DNA of 64,000 nt from Terriglobia bacterium (GTDB lineage Bacteria; Acidobacteriota; Terriglobia; 20CM-2-55-15). Location of the stretch: assembly GCA_963664115.2 (NCBI GenBank), contig CAXWPJ010000002.1:224001-288000 (forward strand), written 5' to 3'. The translations under genes and the position numbers were made by a program. The stretch's first letter is position 1. Every line of letters begins with the position of its first letter. Shown here piece after piece: positions 58,567-64,000 of the stretch. Below the pieces are notes generated by a model that was not told where the DNA came from, did not search any database, and worked only from the letters and a program-made list of their open reading frames with translations.

Positions 58567-58899
58567 CGTTCTTTTCCTCCGTGATCGGGTCTCAAACACT
58601 TTCATTCTATCCCGCCACGCGATCGAAAACTGTTCTGTTCTGATTCCCTGCCATATTGGAGCGACTCCATATCAATACCTCACGGAGCACGCCAGAGTGA
58701 CTCCGACACATTTTCTATGATATTCAGAGACTCTTTTCTGATCGGAGCAAATAGAATTAATCCATGGGGGAAAAGCGCAGGCCCACCACATCCATTGACC
58801 CGGCCCTTCGCTTGTCGCTAATCTTGACTGGTTCAGTGACTCAGGAGGCAAGGTTGCTCCTGCTTTTGTGCCCGAACCCTACAGGCTTAAGGAGAACGC

Positions 58900-59307
58900 A
58901 TGTTGAAACGAAGTATTGGCGCCCTGACCGCAGTATTCATCCTGGTCCTCTTCGGGACGCCGGCACTGGCGCATCACTCGTTTGCTGCGATATTTGACAA
59001 GGACCAGCCATTCACAGTGACGGGCGTGATCAACAAGGTGGACTGGAAAAACCCCCACATGTACTTCTACGTCGACGTGACTGGAGAAGATGGCGCAGTC
59101 GTCACATGGGGCTTTGAGAGCTATCCCCCGACGATGATGATACGCCAGGGTTGGTCACGGAACACTGTTACGCCGGGAGATCCGGTTACGGTAACGGGTT
59201 GGCGGGCGCGCAGAGGCTCCCGGCCCGTAGCGGGAGGCAACAGGATGACGCTTGCCGACGGTACAGTGATGACAATCGGCGCCAGTTCTGAAGGGGAAAA
59301 CCGATGA
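58900..59307 (+). CDS. DUF6152-like exported protein
   Basis: AAGGAG RBS; ALA-HHSFAAIFD; WKNPHM; WGFE; PGDPVTVTG. Confidence 0.9.
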   Translation: MLKRSIGALTAVFILVLFGTPALAHHSFAAIFDKDQPFTVTGVINKVDWKNPHMYFYVDVTGEDGAVVTWGFESYPPTMMIRQGWSRNTVTPGDPVTVTGWRARRGSRPVAGGNRMTLADGTVMTIGASSEGENR

Positions 59308-60170
59308 CCGCCGATCAAAAATCGGGTTCAGGTATGTTCAAGGAGCATTGCCTCATGACGCATCGTCTTGTATCGGGTGCCGCAGGGTGTCTCACGCTGA
59401 CGCTTCTGGTTTTCCTGCCGTTCACGTTTGCGGGTACAGTGCGCGGGCAAGCGGAGGAAAGTGCCACGACTCGGAACGCATCTCAAGCAATACCGCGCAC
59501 CTCAGACGGCAGGCCCGATTTATCCGGCATCTGGCAGTCCAACGTGCTGGACATATCGAACTTCACTCTCGAAAGAGAAGAAAGATCTTCGGCGAACAGA
59601 GTCGCAAATCCAGGAGGTGATCTTCCCTACCGGCCGGAGGCTTTGGAGCGAGTCCGGCAACTCACCGAGGCCGATGATCCCATGCTCCGGTGCATTCCAC
59701 GTGGAATCCCACGCCAGACAGGAACTTCAAGTCCAGTTCGAATCGTTCAACTTTCGGGAGAGATAATCATTCTCTACGAAGCGGAGCACCGCTTCCGTAT
59801 CATCCCGACAGACGGCCGCCCGCATCCCGACGACTGGTATCCGACGTACATGGGGGACTCCGTCGCCGCATGGGACGGCGACACACTGATTGTCGATGTG
59901 ATCGGCTTCAACGATGAGACCTGGATTCATCGCCTCGGAACCTTTCACACCGAGGATCTGCACGTTGTCGAGCGCTATCATCTCAGCGATGCAAACACCC
60001 TGGAGTATGAAGCCACCGTTGAAGATCCGAACGTCCTGACCGGACCATGGTCAAAAACAGTCACGTTGCGGAGACGGCCACCGGGGGACCGCATACTGGA
60101 ATCGATCTGCGTGGATATTCAGGATGCCGAGTATTTCCGGGAGGTCTTTGACGCACTCGAAAACCAGTGA
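59304..60170 (+). CDS. Exported 'GxWEGDTLVV' family protein
   Basis: ATGA overlap with upstream gene; GRPDLSGIW, CIPRGIPR, YMGDSVAAWDGDTLIV, HTEDLHVVERY, ESIC. Confidence 0.88.
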   Translation: MTADQKSGSGMFKEHCLMTHRLVSGAAGCLTLTLLVFLPFTFAGTVRGQAEESATTRNASQAIPRTSDGRPDLSGIWQSNVLDISNFTLEREERSSANRVANPGGDLPYRPEALERVRQLTEADDPMLRCIPRGIPRQTGTSSPVRIVQLSGEIIILYEAEHRFRIIPTDGRPHPDDWYPTYMGDSVAAWDGDTLIVDVIGFNDETWIHRLGTFHTEDLHVVERYHLSDANTLEYEATVEDPNVLTGPWSKTVTLRRRPPGDRILESICVDIQDAEYFREVFDALENQ

Positions 60171-60273
60171 CTACCCGACTGTAGGGGATCAATAGCGTTC
60201 CCGACAGGCAAGCACGGCGTCACGGACGAGGCAAGGCATCCCAAATCGGAGGGAGCATCTTCTGGGGCGGACC

Positions 60274-60681
60274 CTAACGCTCAATGATGTCGAAGTAGAC
60301 CCCTGACCTCGCGTAGTCTTCCAGGTCACAAGTCCACTGATACGCGCCGGCCCTCAGGCCGAGTTGACCGTCTGAAGGGAGTGGGGGATCGAAAGACATC
60401 GTTTCGAGGGGGCCGTTTTCGACTGCAGGTACACTGGCCCGGCCTTCCCACTTGCTTTCGCCGCTATAGGTGTCAAGCACTTGACAGCTCACTGCCTTCT
60501 CTCTGTCTTCCTTGTCCCAATCCACGTACATTTTCAGGGCCTCGCCTTCATAAAAAGAAGGTCTCGCGCCGCCCCGAAAATCCGTTACCCGAACCTGGAA
60601 CGGAGCGCGACAGGCCGTCAAACCCGTCAAGGCAACTATAGAGATTACCGCAAATCGTTGAAAACTTACGGATCGGAACAC
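60274..60681 (-). CDS. Hypothetical lipoprotein (paralog of 31982-32401)
   Basis: GGAGG RBS + GTG 60681; lipobox LTAC; PFQVRVTDFRGGA...AGAYQWTCDLE. Confidence 0.8.
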   Translation of the reverse strand: MFRSVSFQRFAVISIVALTGLTACRAPFQVRVTDFRGGARPSFYEGEALKMYVDWDKEDREKAVSCQVLDTYSGESKWEGRASVPAVENGPLETMSFDPPLPSDGQLGLRAGAYQWTCDLEDYARSGVYFDIIER

Positions 60682-61094
60682 CTGAGATACCTCCTGCCAC
60701 CTGCCTTCAACTTTGCCCGGCCCGGGCTCCGCACCCGGCACATGCAATTACCGCCCGATCATGGTTTCGCCATTTCAAACTCCTGGGGCGCGTTCTACTG
60801 CAATAGATGTAGCACTTAGGTGACCAAGAACATCAAGCGATTGATCGTGGGATGCCTGTCACCCCTTCAGTAAAACGGTCTGTCCAGGAAAGGACATTCG
60901 TCGGTCCAGGCGATCCGCAAGACACGCCACCCACGCGGGGCCCGCTGAAGGGAAGGACAAGAACGAGACAATGTTGACTTTGTGGATTTGATGGAGCAAC
61001 ATGCAGCCGATATGATGGACTTGGCCCCCGTCGCCCGGCACCTGCCCGCACGGAGGAAAGTTCGGGTGACTATCCGTTCAGGAAATTCAAACGC

Positions 61095-62084
61095 ATGCAA
61101 AACAGATTCAGAGACGCGATACTCGTAATTGTGACCGCCGCCATCGTGGGCAGTGCATCGCTGGCCTTGATGCTGACGTCCGACCTCAGCACGCTCTCCC
61201 AAAGCGGGGCGTCACAATTGATACGAACCGCAGACGGCAAACCCGATTTCAGCGGCATATGGCAAACCCACAGCACCGCGAATTGGGACCTTCAGTCCCA
61301 CTCAGCGCGTCCGCTGGTCGCCCAGGCCGGAGTGAACGCTAATTTCCAGATACTGGCGGCCCCGGTTGTCGCACTCGGCACCGTGGGGTGGGTGCCGCCG
61401 GGAATGGGCGTGGTGGAAGGCGACGAAATTCCCTATCAACCCTGGGCCCAGGAGCGGAAGAGGGACAATGCGGCCAACTGGCTGGATCGCGACCCGGAAA
61501 TAAAGTGCTATATGCCCGGGGTGCCGCGGGCGATGTATCTTCCCTATCCCTTCCAGATTGTTCAAAGCACAAACAAGATCATGATGGTGTTCGAGTTTGC
61601 AAACGCCCAGAGGACGATCAATCTCGACGCAGTCGATCCCTATCCGGGCGAGGCATTTATGGGATACTCGGTTGGGCACTGGGAGGGCGATACGCTGGTC
61701 GTCGAAGTCACCAATTTCACACCCTACACCTGGTTCGACCGGTCCGGAAACTTTCACAGTGACGCTCTGCATGTTGTCGAACGATACACGCCCATCAGCC
61801 GCGATGCGATTCGCTACGAAGCGACTATTGAAGACTCCAAGGTATTCACCCGACCGTGGACCATCAGCCTACCGCTCTACCGCAGGCTTGAGCCGGATGC
61901 CCAGGTCCTGGACTTCCGGTGCTTCGAGCATGTCGAAGAAACGCTTTATGGACATCTACGCCGGGAGCCACTCGTCACGCGCTGGGAAGGCCGGACCATG
62001 GACATCGACATCACGCGTAAGGTTCCACCGGGTGAAGACGTATACGAAATACATTGGTCGGGCAATCCGCCTCTTGAACAATAA
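61095..62084 (+). CDS. Exported 'GxWEGDTLVV' family protein (type A)
   Basis: GKPDFSGIWQ, DPEIKCYMPGVPRAMYLPYPFQI, FMGYSVGHWEGDTLVV, DFRCFEHVEE. Confidence 0.88.
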   Translation: MQNRFRDAILVIVTAAIVGSASLALMLTSDLSTLSQSGASQLIRTADGKPDFSGIWQTHSTANWDLQSHSARPLVAQAGVNANFQILAAPVVALGTVGWVPPGMGVVEGDEIPYQPWAQERKRDNAANWLDRDPEIKCYMPGVPRAMYLPYPFQIVQSTNKIMMVFEFANAQRTINLDAVDPYPGEAFMGYSVGHWEGDTLVVEVTNFTPYTWFDRSGNFHSDALHVVERYTPISRDAIRYEATIEDSKVFTRPWTISLPLYRRLEPDAQVLDFRCFEHVEETLYGHLRREPLVTRWEGRTMDIDITRKVPPGEDVYEIHWSGNPPLEQ

Positions 62085-62120
62085 TGACCCGTAAAGAACA
62101 GTGACGAACAATAGAGCAGA

Positions 62121-62564
62121 GTGAACATGACAAGGAGAATGAATCCAATGCCAGCAAGATTAGCCATTACCGTTGTGAGTGTTGGCGTACTTCTGATTCT
62201 GGCCGCAGTACCCGCGTCGGCACATCATGCATTCGCGGCCGAATTCGACGCCAATAACCCGGTCCATTTCACGGCCAAGGTCGTGCGGATGCAATGGACG
62301 AATCCCCACGCCTGGATCCACGTCGAAGTGACATTACCCGATGGCACATTGGAAAGATGGGCCGTTGAGGCAGGCACTCCGAACGTCTTGTACCGGCGGG
62401 GATTTACGAGAGACTCGCTTGTGGCGGGAACCGAGATCGTCGTCGATGGCTACCGGGCAAAGGATGGTTCACGCCGCGCAAACGGCAGGGACCTCACCCT
62501 TCCTGACGGCCGGACTCTTTTCCTGGGATCGTCGGGGACAGGCGCGCCGGTAGAGCGCCCGTAA
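62121..62564 (+). CDS. DUF6152-like exported protein
   Basis: ASA-HHAFAAEFD; WTNPHAW; AGTPNVLYRRG; ANGRD. Confidence 0.9.
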   Translation: MNMTRRMNPMPARLAITVVSVGVLLILAAVPASAHHAFAAEFDANNPVHFTAKVVRMQWTNPHAWIHVEVTLPDGTLERWAVEAGTPNVLYRRGFTRDSLVAGTEIVVDGYRAKDGSRRANGRDLTLPDGRTLFLGSSGTGAPVERP

Positions 62565-62664
62565 CAGCCTGTAGCGGAAATCGATTGTGAGGGCTCGCAG
62601 CAAATGACTCTCGGCCCTCACTCCCCCTATCTCTTGCGATCACCTTGGAATGACTCCCCACAAA

Positions 62665-62731
62665 ACCCGCACCGGTTCCCCGGTGCGGGTGGACGGCATT
62701 CAGAATTAAGAGGCGGTAGCCGAGGCGTCAG
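62665..62731 (-). ncRNA. Putative structured RNA, Acido-Lenti-1-like, with terminator-like hairpin (copy 2)
   Basis: acccgcaccgg-ttcc-ccggtgcgggt next to ggacggcattcagaattaagaggcggtagccgaggcgtcag; a T-run follows the hairpin on the minus strand. Confidence 0.55.
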
Positions 62732-62773
62732 GTCAAGTAATTATCGGATGCAGGGCGCCCCCAGTGGCACGCA

Positions 62774-63247
62774 TCAGGAAAACCCGATCCAGCGCCCGCC
62801 CCATCCGACACCCGCCCACAATGCCAGTGAGACCAAGGCAGCGATCTTGCCCTCGAGTACGGGAGTCGACGTTGCCTCAAGCGCGGCTCGACGCCGCACG
62901 GTGAACGTGAACACGATCACCAGCAACAGCGAAGTCATCTTCACCCAGAAGGCAGTACTGTAGTAGCACTTGATCGCTTCTGACAGGAACAGCGGAATAC
63001 CCGAGGCCAACATCATCACGAGACTGCCCAGCATCCACGGTTGGGCATCTTTGGAAAGTTGCGCCACGGAACGGCCCTTGAGACCCAGGCCCAAGAGTCG
63101 CAAATCGACAAGCAGCACCGCTCCACCCATCACTCCGAGACCCACCAGATGGAAGGCTTCGATCACCGGAAACAGCCAGAGCGAATTGCGAATCGCCTCG
63201 CCGACGGCCAAGCCCTCGCACCATTCAAAAAACGGCAGCAACGACAT
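62774..63247 (-). CDS. DUF6644-like 4-TM membrane protein
   Basis: WLFPVIEAFHLVGL..DLRLLG..SG..LF..FWVKM..SLALW..GRWIGF. Confidence 0.82.
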   Translation of the reverse strand: MSLLPFFEWCEGLAVGEAIRNSLWLFPVIEAFHLVGLGVMGGAVLLVDLRLLGLGLKGRSVAQLSKDAQPWMLGSLVMMLASGIPLFLSEAIKCYYSTAFWVKMTSLLLVIVFTFTVRRRAALEATSTPVLEGKIAALVSLALWAGVGWGGRWIGFS

Positions 63248-63813
63248 CAGTACAACGACTCGACCGGCACGCAGCTGGTGAGAAAATTAACGATCGCCGC
63301 TTGCGGCTGTCTGTCGCAATCAAACCAGTTGTACGCAATCATTCTTCCCGAAAAGATAATTCCGAACCACAACACCAGGGAAAGGGCGCCGGCGGCTCTG
63401 GCCGCTTTCGGAGTCACCCCGTCAAGATTCCATTGCGCAATGCGCCGATAGACTCTGCTGTTAAAGACCCACACATTCAAACCGGCCAGCAACAGCAGAA
63501 TCACCTTGAAGCGAAAAAAAATATTCTGGTAAGTCCGCAGGGGTATCGCAGAAAACAGCAGTGCTCCGCTGACGACCATGATGACAAAGCCGGCGACCGT
63601 CCACGGCAACAGGCGCCGGTAAACTTCCTGTACCGGCACCTGCCGCATAATCCAACCAAGCAGGCGCAGGTCGAACATTACGGCAAAACCGACAAACAGA
63701 AACAGCGCCCAGACGTGAACCGATTCGACGAGAGGATAGGCGTATCGAGATTCATGAAGCCCGATGCTCCACGACGAATCTGCCAGACGTTCGAAAAAAG
63801 CGAGAAGAGACAT
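63247..63813 (-). CDS. DUF6644-like 4-TM membrane protein
   Basis: YPLVESVHVWAL..DLRLLG..SGALLF..FRFK..SLVLW..GRMIAYNWFDC; overlaps the next gene by 1 nt. Confidence 0.82.
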   Translation of the reverse strand: MSLLAFFERLADSSWSIGLHESRYAYPLVESVHVWALFLFVGFAVMFDLRLLGWIMRQVPVQEVYRRLLPWTVAGFVIMVVSGALLFSAIPLRTYQNIFFRFKVILLLLAGLNVWVFNSRVYRRIAQWNLDGVTPKAARAAGALSLVLWFGIIFSGRMIAYNWFDCDRQPQAAIVNFLTSCVPVESLY

Positions 63814-63829
63814 TCAGGGGTTCGGCCGG

Positions 63830-64000
63830 TTACCCGCCTCCACCGGTGGCGTTGTCCTGGGTCGCCGGATCTGGGCCTCGCCCTTCCGCGAAAGCTTTCT
63901 CCGCGGCGCGAGTGTTCACGAGCATGCCGATCATGCCGTAGTTGCCCTCATGGCAGCCTCCCTCATAGACCTGATTCGCTTGATCGCTGTTTTTTACCAG
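63830..64000 (-). CDS. 3' end of another 'GxWEGDTLVV' family protein (type B), runs off window
   Basis: VYEGGCHEGNYGMIGMLVNTRAAE tail matches the CHEGNY motif. Confidence 0.75.
   Translation of the reverse strand: MVKNSDQANQVYEGGCHEGNYGMIGMLVNTRAAEKAFAEGRGPDPATQDNATGGGG

Noticed and set aside
20000-64000. Prophage, IS or integrase in the accessory region
   Set aside because: No ORF with DDE, HUH, tyrosine/serine recombinase or phage structural motifs was recognised.

Overview
64 kb of bacterial chromosome, most likely an Acidobacteriota (inferred from the gene families, an Acido-Lenti-1-like RNA motif and REP-like repeats). It has two parts. (1) Bases 1-19,970 are compact housekeeping genes (methylmalonyl-CoA mutase 3' end, formiminotransferase, class A PBP, CCA enzyme, acyl-CoA dehydrogenase, peroxiredoxin, tRNA-Glu, rsmA-rnj-uppP-ftsK, cystathionine gamma-lyase/synthase, cutA, phosphohexomutase, ftsB-like, tRNA-fMet) separated by periodic inverted repeats. 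(2) After tRNA-fMet comes an accessory region dominated by exported proteins: 10 complete paralogs of an uncharacterised 'PDLxGxW...C.P.G.PR...GxWEGDTLVV...E..C' family, 6 DUF6152-like proteins whose predicted mature N-terminus is His-His, one fusion of the two, a DUF6644-like membrane pair and periplasmic catabolic enzymes. The most striking unexplained structure is about 15 copies of a ~40-bp imperfect palindrome between 29.8 and 52.8 kb (consensus ATTCTCAAGTCCTGAGAA-ATCATC-TTGTCGGACGTTGAGAAT). Its geometry resembles tyrosine-recombinase (dif-like) sites, and all copies whose direction can be read point the same way. The copies divide the DNA into gene-sized cassettes that include five remnants of one Ser/Thr kinase type and several clipped foreign gene fragments. 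No recombinase, transposase or CRISPR array is visible in the window. All family assignments are from motif recognition, not database searches.
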